A DNA stretch of 63,977 nucleotides, filler included, from Folioceros fuciformis (GCA_049999805.1; 5 parts of 4 records of this genome joined end to end with filler, not necessarily neighbours in it), one strand, 5' to 3'; shown: positions 12,029 to 24,541, counted from the first letter of the whole stretch. Translations and numbers: made by a program. The notes: generated by a model from the letters alone, not told the origin.

Positions 12029-13033
12029 TCATTTAGCCTTCTTACCTGGGGCTGCCTTATCCTTCCCCTTGGCATCCTTCCCCGCTGCTTTGCTATCCTT
12101 GCTCTTGGAAGAACCTCCTTCCTTAGCACACACGTACACGAAGTGTACGTCCATCTCTCCGTAGTATTGAAGGTACGTTCGTGGCTCTGGCTCAGCTGTT
12201 GGTTCCGGAGGCGGGGAATCGGGGAGTCTTTCGTCTCCCTTGGCATCCTTCTTCCCGTCTGCTGGTGCAGCTTTCGCGTCTTTTTTGGCTTCCGCCTCTG
12301 CTTTCTTGGTCCCCTCCTTGCCCTTCTTGCCATTCTCCTTCTTCCCGTCCGCAGTCGTCCCCTTGCCCTCCTTCCCATCACCCTCCACCAGCTGCTCTTC
12401 TTCCGGCAGAGGGACCGCCTCTGTGCAATCCCACGTGTTCCCAGGATCAGTTTGCTTCAACTGGCAACCAGGCTTGGGCACAACATGCAGAGCTACGGAC
12501 CACTTCAACACCTCCGGCTGCCGGAGGTGGTTCATGCGCTGCTTCGGCTCCCCGTGCGTGACCAGGAAGTAGACTCCTCCCTGCCTCAGCACCCGACAGA
12601 CCTCTCCGAGCATTTGCGCTGCACTTTGCTGCGCCGTGGTCCCACACAGTAGAGAGTCCAACAAGCCCTTATCGATCACTGCATCAAATGTGGCATCCTT
12701 GAACTCGTGCATATCCCGGGCATCCATCACCTGGTACTGCAGCTGGCCCTGTTCCGCATATTTCTGCCGCATACGCTCCACCACCACAGGTGAGATGTCG
12801 ACGTTCACAATGTCCTCATAGCCGTCCTTCACCATCTCCTCCGAGGTGAGCGCGTTACCGCAGCCTATCATCAAAACCTTGGAGCTTTTGGCAACATACT
12901 TGTCCAGCAGCGTCTGCAACCCGCTGTAGCGCTGGTACCAGTCGAACGGGCCAGCGTCGTTTGTGTATCTCTCATCCCAGTAGGCCGTGTCTCCATACTC
13001 TTGTAGCTCTCTCCTCTGCGCCATGAAGGCCAT
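12029..13033 (-). CDS. Class I SAM-dependent methyltransferase, EEF1AKMT4/METTL13-N-terminal-like; intronless, with Lys/Glu/Ala-rich insert and tail
   Basis: YGDTAYWDERY...FDWYQRY; KVLMIGCGNA (motif I); IVNVDIS; MDARDM; FDAVIDKGLLDSLLCG; RVLRQGGVYFLVT. First ATG is at 13033, with an in-frame stop just upstream. Confidence 0.9.
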   Translation of the reverse strand: MAFMAQRRELQEYGDTAYWDERYTNDAGPFDWYQRYSGLQTLLDKYVAKSSKVLMIGCGNALTSEEMVKDGYEDIVNVDISPVVVERMRQKYAEQGQLQYQVMDARDMHEFKDATFDAVIDKGLLDSLLCGTTAQQSAAQMLGEVCRVLRQGGVYFLVTHGEPKQRMNHLRQPEVLKWSVALHVVPKPGCQLKQTDPGNTWDCTEAVPLPEEEQLVEGDGKEGKGTTADGKKENGKKGKEGTKKAEAEAKKDAKAAPADGKKDAKGDERLPDSPPPEPTAEPEPRTYLQYYGEMDVHFVYVCAKEGGSSKSKDSKAAGKDAKGKDKAAPGKKAK

Positions 13034-13707
13034 GATTTCAGAGGCCAACGCTCGATCTCAGTTCCGGTAGCCTTCCGATCCGCCCTCACTCCTTGGCAAC
13101 GAGTGTGGTGCAGTTGTCCTAATCACGAACCCTCGTTCTGCGACACCATGCAACAGGGGATCATAACTTTCGTTCCAGAGGTCGCCGGAGTCTGAGATTA
13201 TGCACTGTACATGCTCTACCACCCGTCTTGCACAAATCAAACTCCCTCTCTTCAGACTCGACACACAATGCCATCGTCGTCGCACTCGCCATTGCCGCCA
13301 CACAGCACATTGTCACCACTGCTGCTACGGGCTCCACAAAGCGGTCACGCGTACCGGAAGGCGCTGAATCTCCCCAGGCATTGGTTGGAGCAGCAGGCCC
13401 AGTTTCTGTGTCAGCCATGCTGAACGTTTGGTTAGCCGGGGAAGGAGAAACCTCCCAGCGCGAATCACGGACGTCTCGAGTCGTTTTCCGCTGGCCAGTG
13501 AAGCATTCAGGGCAGTTATTGGATGGATGGAAACTATGCCGGGTAGGCGCACGTCAAAACAAGCCAGCCTGAATAATATTCCCGAGAGAATATTAAGTTC
13601 GTATCCAATAAATCCATAAATTAGCGATTCTAATAAATCAATTCAATATTCCGATTATTCAACACGTCTGTCTGAAACTCCAGGTTGGTGTGACATACAG
13701 TATGTCA

Positions 13708-13949
13708 TTTCCCGCCATACACGCCATCCAGGTGGATGGCGTGCCTCGAGGTTTAATGAGCCGGGAGTTGCGACTCTCACGAGCGTCTCGAGTCGTTGGC
13801 GCCGGCAAGTGAAATAAATACATTTGCCAGTTGTAGTGGACAACATTCGGAGAGGTTGGTTGCGTTCCCGCGCTGTCGTTCCTGTCCTCCCGCCTTCCTT
13901 CCCGCTCTGTCCACGCTCTTCTTCACCTCACCAGGCTGGAGTTTCCCCG
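13708..13949 (+). promoter_or_regulatory. E2F-binding sites upstream of ORC6
   Basis: TTTCCCGC at 13708-13715 and TTTCCCCG at 13942-13949 fit WTTSSCSS. Near-matches TTCCCGC lie at ~13865 and ~13899. ORC genes are established E2F targets. Confidence 0.5.
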
Positions 13950-14192
13950 CCAGCTCCCGTCGTGCGTGCTGGAGTCTCCTGACTTACTCTAGTCATGCAT
14001 GCCGGCGTGGGGTGTCACGCATTGAGGCGAGGTGATGGCTGCCCTGGTGCTCAGATCTTGGCACCCACGAAGAAGATGCAGGCAGGCAGGGACTCGAGCA
14101 GGTTGATGGGCACCTCCTGCTTCTGAAGCGGTCCTGCGCTGCCGGGGGAAGCTGTGACGCCGAAGAAGGGGACGGCGGGTCGGGTTGCGGGA

Positions 14193-15976
14193 ATGGACAT
14201 TAAAGCGCTGCAAGAGAAGTTGGGCATGAAGGTGGGGGCCCAGGTGACCAAAAGGACACAAGAATTGCAGCGCCTCAGCAATGTGCATTTCAACTCCGCC
14301 AGTTTTGGAGTGGTGGGTGATGTTGTTAGGATGATGCGTGTCTTTCCAGTGTGGGCGTGGATGAGTCATGGCGGGAAGTGGCTGAACGCTGGCCTCCCGG
14401 ATTTTGTGTTTGAGCTCGATTTTTTCGTTTTATGTCATGGGTTAACGTTGTTCTTCCCCTGTTGTTGTGCAGGGGGAAGTGTGCAAGTCGGTTCTCTGCC
14501 TCGAACTTGCTTGCACTGAGTAAGCTCCAATGCCCCGCCTGAGGTTGGTTTCACGGAAGCAATGCGGGTGTATTGGAACTTATGAATTTTGGTTGCAGAT
14601 TGCAGGTCCCGTTTAACAGGTCCAAGGCGACTCGTGTGAGTGGGATGTCTGACAAAGCCTATGTGAGGTGTATGAATGCGTTGCAGAATGCGTTGGGGAT
14701 AAGGTAGCGTTTTCGTCTCAGCATTGCAGAGATTTGGTTTTGTGAGCCTCGCTAATCGTGTTCTGTCCCTGTCCAACGATGTGCATTCTGTGCAGGAACA
14801 AAGTGGACGTGAGAGAGTTAGCAGTGCAGTTTGGGTGCGTCAGGCTAGTTGATGCTGTACAGAAAGCTTTGAACCTGTAAGCTGCTCCCTTGGGTCGTAA
14901 ATTCTGTGGGTACCAGCTCGACAGATGCTGAATGGCATCTTCCTGTACGTGTTGTGTATTGCAGGTACAAGACCAGATTCTTGGCGGCTCTGCCTGCGGG
15001 TAGGAGAGCAAGTGCAGATTTCGGGCGGCCTGTCTTCCCTTCGGTTGCTTTCTTCCTCTGTGCGAAGAAGAACAAGGTATTGTCATCGTAGCGTCTAGAT
15101 CCGGCAATGGTAGCAGGGTGTCCTCTCTGCCTTGTGAATGGGAAAGTTCTTGCTGAATGGCTCAGGTGGCGTGTTGCTTCTCCTAAGGGCAGTTGAAAGT
15201 GGACAAGATGAAGCTTCTGGACATCTGCGGCATATCCGAATCCGAATTTGGAAACGTAAGCTTTTACTGAACTTAGGAAAGCACGCTCGCCTCCTTGACT
15301 TTGCCGGCAAGATGATGTTCCATTTGTTTCGAGCAGGTAGCAACATCAATGCTCGACTTGTGCTTTGACATCCTGGGTATTGAAAGGGAGAAAAAAGATC
15401 CTGCAAAGAGAAAGGGACAACGAGGTAGGTTTCATAGTGGGCCTGGCGTCCGGCCCAATACCTTCTTGCGCTGTAAAATTCCTGATGCTAACCCTCATGT
15501 TTCTGACGCGTAGACCTCCTGGACGCCCTTCCTAGCAAAAGAAGACAGGATGAGCTAGAAGATTTCAGTGATGAAAACGAGGAGCCTCTTCACTTGGACG
15601 ATGGCTTGCAGGTACTTGCGTTTTAATGCCTTGCCGCAACCTTCTATTTCAGTCGTGAAACTAAGTGTTTCCTGCCCTTCTTGCCATTCAGGTCCCAGGG
15701 TTAAAACGGTCGAGGAACACCGAGCACAAAGCTGGTTACGACGACTGGAAATCTGCGATTATGCAGGCACGAAACGCCATTCAGCTACATGTTTCATCAG
15801 GTCAGTCTCGACTTTGACATAGCTGTCGCTTGTCGGGTGGTTTCAGACGGGTGATTGAACCATTCCTTCGTTGTTTCCCTTTCACAGACGTGTCCAGAAA
15901 ACCAAGTACAAAACAAACGACACTTAGCTTTTCAAGGAAAGGAGATCAACATCCACTGCAACTACACGCTGTTTAA
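14193..15976 (+). CDS. ORC6: Origin recognition complex subunit 6 (multi-exon)
   Basis: Spliced translation MDIKALQEKLG...ELQRLSNVHFNSASFGV|GEVCKSVLCLELAC|...SGMSDKAYVRCMNALQNALG|...DVRELAVQFGCVRL|YKTRFLAALPAGRRASADFGRPVF..AFFLCAKKNK|LKVDKMKLLDICGISESEF matches plant ORC6. Confidence 0.93.
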
Positions 15977-16203
15977 CCCATGCTCGAAATCTTTGTGGGC
16001 TGATTCGAGGAGAAGGAGGTCAAATAGCCTGTGCATGGCCCGTTGGCCGTTTTACTTCGTGAACGGTTTCAGGTAACCAGTCACCCAGCTTCCACTCTGA
16101 TGGTGCAAGTTTCCAACAGGAACCAAACTGCTGCTAAGAAAGCTTCCCACGTGGCTTTAGCATCGTGTCGTGCCAATTGAAGCCGCTCAGGCAGGAATAC
16201 ACT

Positions 16204-17077
16204 TCAAATGTAGTGTCTCCGGTTCCAAGTGCAAGTCGTATGAGCCCGAATTTCGTCCATCTCTAGTTGCCGTTGCCTATCTCTTCTCTCCAGCTCTTTC
16301 CGTAGCTTTGCCATCTGTACAGAACAGGTGCGACTCAGTCTGCATGTTGAAGCGTGGGAGGTTGCAGGATGTGAGTAGCTAGTGCCATCGAGAATTTAGA
16401 CTCTCTAGACGTAAAACACCATGGCACAACCTCTATGTTGTCCTTCATCAATTCCCTCAAATACGCTCTCCTTTCTTTTTCCCTGGCAAGGTGTCCTTCA
16501 ACGCAGTGGGGACCATGGAATCTGCATGACCGCCAAGGAGTTACACATAGCTGGAGTATTTCCGCCCACAAGGCAGCCTTTGTGTGTCGAAGTACCGTCT
16601 TAGGTACTCGTTGTAACAGAACAGTTTGTGTTCCTCAAGTTTTTCAGCTTCCTTCAGCTTTTCCTTCATCTGAAGCTGCTCTTCCATGGATGCCCTCGTA
16701 GCGGCTCTGTCAGAAAGATGGGATTCAAGATGATCAGACGAGGTTCTCTTTCCGGTTCCGAAATATGAATCCCTCTCCCTCTGTTGCAGCAAGCTTACTG
16801 CTGTTGAAGCCTGCTCTCCCTTGTAGGAGACACATGCTGCTTAATTGCCTCCACATGCTGGTTGTACTTATTTTGGCGCACCTTCAAGTCCAGCAACTGC
16901 TCCTGATACTCCTTCTCAGAGTGCTGCAGTATGGGGAGGGTTGAAACGACTACCTGGCATGGGCTCCGGCTGATGATGGACTTGAAGTAGATACTTACTA
17001 ACCTCAAAGTTGGCATAAATTCCAGGCCTGATTGGCCTGTTCAGGATGCATTGTTTGTTGCTTGGGAATGTCAGCAT
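16204..17077 (-). CDS. Hypothetical coiled-coil protein (>=5 exons), possibly flagellum-associated; 5' end uncertain
   Basis: GT-AG introns join in frame: MLTFPSNKQCILNRPIRPGIYANFE|HSEKEYQEQLLDLKVRQNKYNQHVEAIKQHVSPTRESRLQQ|..RASMEEQLQMKEKLKEAEKLEE...|..AREKERRAYLRELMKDNIE|MAKLRKELERRDRQRQLEMDEIRAHTTCTWNRRHYI*. Confidence 0.65.
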
Positions 17078-17807
17078 GGTGTTCACAAACAACGTCGGTC
17101 CGTTGAGCAAGGACGCTGCAGTGCAATATCAGATTAGCTGCTGAGTTTGTTGCTTCAACATCACAGACAGGGAGGCCTTATTGCATCGCGTCGCTCTCAC
17201 GAAAATTATTCCCAGGGTGATGCAAAACTTTGGTCTGTATCGTCTGCCCACTACGACGCCAAGCAGGAGTTGCCCCAACTGCTTCTTGCACCCAAGAAGG
17301 TATTGAACACGCCCACAATGTCGCATCCAGAGACCTGTATGGAGCTCCGTCAGTCGTCAACCGAACTTCGAGAGTACTGTTGTACAAGAAGGTGTTCTTG
17401 ATCCCAGTCAGAGGCAGCGAAGGACTTCAGATGCACTGTCGATCAATGAAGCCAGCGAGTCGCAAGCAACATCGTCGAAGGCCAGAAACGTGCAGGGAGA
17501 ATTTGGTCATCACGACGGCAGTTCCCGGCGTGTCAGAGAGTTAGGTTTTGCCTGGCACCGCACAGGTCTCGCGTGCAAATGGTCTTAACGGATCACGCTA
17601 ATTTTTTATGTTGTTAGCTGTCATATAGGATTCGTCGTTTGTCTAACCTTCGTTGAGTCGTCCACTGGGAACCGCACGCTTGAAGGAGATGTTGAACCCG
17701 AGCAGGGTCAGGTGGAGGCTGAGAGCCGTAGCCATGGGTGGTTGAAATTCAGCATTCCATAGCCATGAGCGGTTGAATGAATTTTTTGATAGAGGTTGTT
17801 CGTCATC

Positions 17808-20790
17808 ATGGGAAAAGCGACCACCCGGTATGAGGTCCTGCACGAGATCAAGGGCTCAATCGAAGCGACCCTCTCCGAAATGCTCACCTTGAAGCGGAAC
17901 AAGCAGAGGGGTCGGGAGCTGCGGGAGCTCATAACGGAGGCTTCTGTCAAGTTTCTTGACCTGCGTCAGGTCTGTTGTCTGACTCTGCTCCATTCTTCCT
18001 CATGTGTCACGTGCTTGCAGAATGGTAGCACTGCTTCAATGCAGAGTGTCGCTGCACTTTGAAACGGGTTCGATTGGTGGTGAGGATCTGCGTAACAAGT
18101 GGTTTTGCAGGTGAATAGGTCGATATTACAGGACGAGGACCGCGTGAAGGCGGAGACGGATAGCCTGAAAGCTCCTTTAGACCATATCACGCTTCAGCTG
18201 CACAATCTCCTGTACGAGAAAACCTACTACATGAAGGCTATCAATACGTGCAAAGACTTCAAATCCAAGTATCCAGACATTCATCTTGTTTCAGAAGAGG
18301 AGTTTTTCAGAGATGCACCGGATGAGCTGAAGTCAGATGAGAAGCTGCGGGAGGATGCACACAAGCTATCGCTACAAAGACTACATTTTGAACTTCACCA
18401 GGTGCTTGTCCCACACGCTTACGTGTGAACAAAGGAGAAGGTGCACAGGTGGCCGAAACCTCTCGGAAGTCTGGGGTCGGCGGTTTTCTTCTAGCTGTCT
18501 GGCGTCATTTAAGCAACAGTCATCAGCAATTTCAGAAGATGGGATGCAGAGTGTTATGCCATCAGACGTCCTGAAATCAGATGAAAATTTTTGTTGCAGA
18601 GGAAGGGTTTATGCGAACAGCGAGAGGTACTTGAAGCCAAGAAGAAGAAGTTGCAGGAAAGCCTTGCCGGCAGGAAGAAGTTTTTATCCAGCCTCCCTTC
18701 GCACCTGAAGACTGTGAAGAAGGCCTCATTGCAAGTGCAGCAGCAACTTGGAATGCTGCATATGAATCGGATGAAGCAGCATCAGCTTGCTGAGCTCTTG
18801 GCCCCACCCTTGTACATATTGTATACACAGCTTGTGACAGAAAGGGAAGCTTCAGGAGAAAATATCGATGTGGAGATCACTGGAAGTGCTAAAGAAGCAC
18901 AAGCAGTTGCTCGCCAGATGATGAGCAGGATGGCAGGTTTGTATCTGAGGACATTGTCAGGATTTCTTTGAGCACTCAGTTGTCACCTGTAGCCATCTGT
19001 CAATGCAAGTGGGAGGGAGTCAGGTTGGGATTGAACTTATGATTGGCAGGTTCGGCCAAAGATGAACTAAGAGGGGATGAAGATGTCGAGGAGGAGGATG
19101 ACTCTCAGAGGCGTAGGAAGAGGGCAAAAAGGGCCCACGAGAAAGGGAATGCAGATGGTGAAGGAGTCTACAATTCTCATCCTTTGGCCGTATTGTTACA
19201 CATTGGCCAAGACCAGAAGCTGTGGACTGAGAAGCAGAGCAAAACGTCGACTTTGCGCTTTGAGTTTTTGCCAAAGGTCAACGTTGTCTGTGCAGGACTT
19301 GATCTCTCACAAGGAGGTGATCAGAGTAACTGGCTTGTTAATCTCTTTCCAGATGATCAAGGTCTGGATTTGCCTAATCAGGTGTGTGCAGTTCAGGATT
19401 TGATTTATGTCAACGCGTACATCACGTCTCTAACAGTCCTGCTTCTCGTCGAATGTAGTCTGGTGCTACACAATTTGGAGGCAATCATCTTTTAGATAAA
19501 AGACGCTCTCTGCGACCGTACAAGTGGGCACAACTGGTGGCTGGCATGGACTTTTTTGCTGAGGCTTCTTTGCAGACACTCAGATCCCCAGATCTGAGAT
19601 GTGCAGCAGTAAGTGAAGGATTGGCTGTTTACCGAGAGCAGCACCGAATCCAGACATTTCTGCAAGCTGTTCTGCAGCGTCGAAAAGCTCTCCTTGCCCT
19701 CAAGTAATTGACTCGGCTCTTGTGGTTACCAGGCTGTGCTAAAAGTACTTCTGCACTGCTTGTCTGGTCAGTAATGCCCCCATAAATAACCACCTTGACA
19801 TGCCTGTCTGTGCAGGGAGCAGCTAGATTGTTTGTTCAAGTTGAAACTACCTCCCGTCAAAGCTGGTGAAGCTCCGTGGGCACAGCACAAGTCAAAATGT
19901 GGGTTACGGAGCTGGTCTGAGGTACAGCCCGTGGATCTTAGAGGGGATGGTGGGGACGTTGAAGGAGGGAGGGAAGATGGGGAGCTTCCATCATCTGCTC
20001 AAGGGGTGAATGGATCATCAGAGGTCTACAGCAGCAAGGAGGCTCATGCTTTAAAAGCATCTCCTACGAAGGATAGAGCACAGCCCAAACAGATGGATGT
20101 AGAAATGTCAGAAAGTGCACGCAATTCGAGCCGCAGATCCGGAGCAAGCAAGCAAGTGTCGACCACAGGAGATCCGTTAGATGGCGGAAATCAAGAAGCT
20201 TCTCTTGGACGACAAGAGTCAGTGAAGGATGGTAAGATGCCTTCTGCGCTCCGCAAGGAAGCACCAAAATCCAAAGAGCCAGCTAAAAACAAAGGATCTT
20301 GGGACAAAAATGGAGAGCGAGATTTCCGAGCTGTCTTGAGGAGAGAGGGACAAAGTGGAGGCAGACACCTCCAGATAGAATTACAGGTAATCATGCCGTG
20401 CCGTGCATCTTCCAAGTGTGTCCACACATATCTCAATGACACAACAATGCTTTGCTCACTACATGGTTTGTCATCAGGTGAAAGTCTCGGTGCAATATCC
20501 CTCCCAGATCCCTGTCTTCCATTTGGACTGGGTATCCACTGAGTCTACAACAAATCCGCATCCAGTAGACGAGCTACTAGATATGGAGGCTAAGGTAGGA
20601 TAATCTCTTGTCTCTACATCCTAGTCCACTGTCACACCTTTGCAGCCCGAAGTTCTGAAGCCTTTGTCCCCTGCGGGTACAGGTGAACAGCCCTGGTGTG
20701 GAATGCGGCAACAACGTCTTGGCAGTTCAGCTTGCCCTGGTGTGCAAGCTTCTTGATGAGTATAATGAGAAGAAGCTAGCTAGAACTTAG
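17808..20790 (+). CDS. THO5: THO complex subunit 5 (multi-exon)
   Basis: LRELITEASVKFLDLRQ|VNRSILQDEDRVKAET...LQLHNLLYEKTYYMKAINTCKDFKSKYPDIHLVSEEEFFRDAP; RKKFLSSLPSHLKTVKKASL.VQQQLG; LAELLAPPLYILYTQL; LFPDDQGLDLPNQ; RPYKWAQ; REDGELP. Confidence 0.93.
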
Positions 20791-21706
20791 ACATGTGCAC
20801 TACCAGCATGATCTAACTGACTGTGTTTAGCAGGCGCTGTTCTCAAGACTCTTACACTGGAATCTAGTCTTCCTAAAACTAGGATTTGAAATGACTTTTG
20901 AAGAGATGATCGGAGTTCTGTATCTGAAGGCATGGCGAGACTAAAAGGACGAATGAATAGTGGGCAACGGAGCGCGGGACCAGCTCGGCGACAACAATCT
21001 TGAACAAACGTTCCCACGGGCTGCGACTTAAAATAGCAGTGAGTTAGGGGACGGCCTGCTTATTTTAGGGCTCCATGTAAGCAGCCATTGGGAAGCCGGA
21101 ACTTGCGTGGAGTGGACTGATTTCAGATTGGCGAGAGAGTGGCTGAAATAACCGGTATTCGACCGGAAGTGACCGGAAGTCGGGCTGGCCGGCGGGGTTA
21201 CTTCTACGCTGGGCCTGGCTCTGGGGCTCTTGCGCCCCTCCCCCTGTCCTGTTCCGGCGCATGCGCAATTCCGGCCCGGCCGGCACGCCGGCGTAATCAA
21301 GTAGAATCCATGGTGTGTCCGTGACTGTGTGCACTGTGCTGCAGTGCGCCGCTACGGAATTGAGCTCCCAATCCTGCTCTTGTATGACAAATTCATCACC
21401 AGCCCGCTGCTGTGCGCAATTGTTGTTCGCGCATTGGTGAGGGAGGCGACGGAGAAAGGTCGACGGGGGAGGGCGCCTGGGTGAATGGCTTTGGCAGCGG
21501 CGGTGAAAGAGGCGTGATCGTTTCTGCAAGGTTGATTTCGATGTCGGTTCGCCCTACGGGTGCCGGTTTTCGGTCCCATGAATTTGGTGGATAGTAATCC
21601 GATTCGGCGGAAATGGAGCAGAAGCAGGAACAGGAAGAGCTTCTGGAAGTTGAGGTTGCAGTGTGATGGTGGATTGTAGTAGCCGAGAGGAATTCCGCAC
21701 CAGGTG

Positions 21707-22320
21707 ATGAAGATTGAGGTCACGGAGGACAAAGCTGCGATGCGGCCCGCCGGACAGAGCGAGTGCACCAGTTGGGAGCTAATTATGGTGCTGCTTCTGC
21801 ATATTTTTCTCAGAATTGTGGCCTGCGTGTTGCTTCTTCCGGTCTATGTCGTGGAGCTCTTCGCTCTCCACAACGCGGAGCCCGTTCGGAACAAGGCTAC
21901 GGAGTGCGACTGCGAGAGTTGCAGGCGCCAGGTTTGGGAAGGTTCCACGTCCTACGTCAATCCTCTCTTCGGCCAAGATTGGAGCAGCGAGACCTACACC
22001 GAGGAGCAGCAGCAAGAGACGGGGCAGCAGAAAGAGAAGGGGCAGGATGATGTGGTAAGAGTCGTCTTTCTTTGTTTATTTATCGCAATTATTGTACGTC
22101 ACTGTGTGAAAAGGAATAAACGAAAGGCTGATGAGAGATGTGGTGCTCTCTGGCCTGGCAGAGGTATCCGGCGTGGGACGATTCTCAACTGGTACCTGCA
22201 ACTCCGAGCTTAAAGGGCAAGGAGAGGCAGACATTGAATCAACGGAGGAAGACAGCGCTGCCTGTCAGGGCTGTCGCCAGGAAGAAACCCCCGCCAAAGC
22301 CTCAACGGGTGTGGCGGTAG
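21707..22320 (+). CDS. Hypothetical protein with one hydrophobic segment (2 exons), no recognised family
   Basis: ORF MKIEVTEDK...LIMVLLLHIFLRIVACVLLLPVYVVELF...CDCESC. A phase-0 GTAAGA donor (~22055) and GGCAG acceptor (~22161) join to RYPAWDDSQ...KKPPPKPQRVWR*. Confidence 0.45.
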
Positions 22321-22727
22321 TCTCGAGAGACGGGAATTTAATTTTATCTACGCGAGTGGTCGTCTCAAGGAGATCTTGGACTTTCTTCAGGTTGGAACGT
22401 GTTTTGCCGTCTTTTCCGATGTGGCACTTACTACCGCATGTTGTCACTCCCCATAAAGAAGGTTCACTGTACATGTATCTATTCAGTCTCACCGTTGAGT
22501 GCATATGTACCAATAACTTCTTATTGCTTTTTACCATTAACTTCTCTTCGGAGTTTCCCTTTCTCCGGCAATTTTCCATAAATGCGGAATCGGTATGTGT
22601 GTGCACACTATTTAGACACACTCCTACTTTAATGCCGCGCCCAACTTGCTTTTACAAGGCCAAGACGCGATGGAAACGCAGAAGAGCTCCCAATAGCCTC
22701 AATTTGATACTGTAGCAAGCAAAGAAG

Positions 22728-24541
22728 CTAGATGCTGCTCACGCGTTCAAAAATCATGGACAACAGCGCATGCAACCCAGCCAAATCAGCATGAATAGGC
22801 TGCTTTCTTGCGTAATTTTTACAAGGACGAAGACGATAGAAACACGTATCCCAACCAAGAAACGAGAACAACCAGCTCATGAAGTTCCTCGGCGGCCTTG
22901 TCCCAAGCAGGGAGTACAACCTCAGACCTGCTGCGTGGGTGTAGTTCCTCAAAGCCGTGGTATGAAACAAATAAGGGAAAACCTTCACACGGGCAGACAA
23001 CCGCAATGTTCAGCTCTTTGGACATGTCCAAGTACCACTGGTATTGACAAACCACTCTAGACTCGTGTAAGCTGTGTAATACCTCTATGACTACAGCTCC
23101 AGGCCGTGCAAATATTAAATTCACGTTTTGTGAACCGTGAGGAACAATGAGGAAGTCCTCCTCTGCTACAGCTCGGACCTGCACAGCACCATCATTTTAA
23201 TCCAATGTCACCTCACCATGTGCGATGTGCAGCAGCTGTGGCACCTGTACCTGATCGCAGAAGGAACCCAGTCCACCCTCCCGCTGTTCCACAGGTATAC
23301 CAAGTACTTGGGTAATCAATTTGGCGACCTGTTGGGCAAACACCACAGGGAATCACGTTCCAAATTCTCTTCAACTTGCAGGAAAACAACACGACACCAT
23401 AAGCGAGCAACGGGCCTCCAGTTCGCTGAACAACAGGAGTGAGCACAGGCACAGTGCAAGCCCATGAACTAAACGCACCTGATCTCGGTTGGCGAGGTGC
23501 CGAGCCCCACTCCTGTCCAGAATTACTGCCTTCCTCAGAGGCATTGTTGCATTACTCTTCAAGAGTATACAAGTTGACGTCATGAGAAATCAAGTCCAAC
23601 AAGGTGTTATCCACGGTTGTAAAGCATTGTTGACATTCACAGCGCAGCATTCAGTGAGATGCAGGGTATCCAACTTACAACAGGTATGGAGCAGAACTCG
23701 AGCACTTCAGCTCGCAGTAAGTTATTCGTTTCCGCATTGGGAACATAACGCACGTTGGTCGGGGCTGAGAACAGCACAGCATCCTTAAAGCAGACGGCTT
23801 GTTCCCTCTCCTCTGGAAGTTCTAGGTACCTGACCATGTCCTCCAGACCAGTTGCTGAGAGAAAGCCCTTGGCCCAACGGGAAGTGTCATTCTGAGATGT
23901 AAACCAAAACAACCCACCAGCTTCGAAGTTCCTGGAGAGGAGTAATGCAGGAATAAGCTTCTCTGCCTCGTGATGCGGATTTGGTTTTCCAAAAGGAAGA
24001 AAGCGCTGGTCTGCCACCATGGAGAGGCCATGAATCCAGTCTCCCTCCGGACATACCCCATGCTCCACAGGTATGGTGAGCTTTTCCCCACGGAATCGCA
24101 TGATGGAAGGCATAGCGCCAGTACCATCCCCACCATGAGTCTTGTATGAGGCGTCGTACCGTGGGCCTGCTCCAGGCCCACAGATCACAATCTGATATCC
24201 AAACACAAATTCCATGCATGGCGTTAACACATAAGCAAAACCCAGCAACCAACAGGCAATCACAACACACGTACCCTGGATGAATGGACGCACAAGCGGG
24301 CCCTCGGGAAACATGCAGGGTCACAAACACCCGTGCACAGCTCATGAGCTGACAGGCTTACGGGTGCTGCAATTCGGGATCCGCACGGTGTCGTCGCTGC
24401 GGGGCCTTGCGAGAAGGCATAGGGCAACGTTGTGGGAGAAATGAAGAGGCTCTGTGGGATCCAAATTTGCAGCACCAGGCAGATGAGGAGGAGCAGGGCA
24501 AAGTAGCGTAGGACCAAACCGCGCGTAGCCAACCGCGCCAT
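22728..24541 (-). CDS. Glycosyltransferase family 61 protein (type II membrane, multi-exon)
   Basis: N-terminal anchor YFALLLLICLVLQIWI; NPHH motif; VCFKDAVL; VILDRSGARHLANRDQ; QVRAVAEEDFLIVPHGSQNVNLIFARPGAVVIE|VFPY (GT61 HGA..N..F..PG.VVIE signature). Confidence 0.82.

Noticed and set aside
11759..12652. 297-aa plus-strand ORF overlapping the methyltransferase
   Set aside because: Antisense shadow of the purine-rich methyltransferase CDS.
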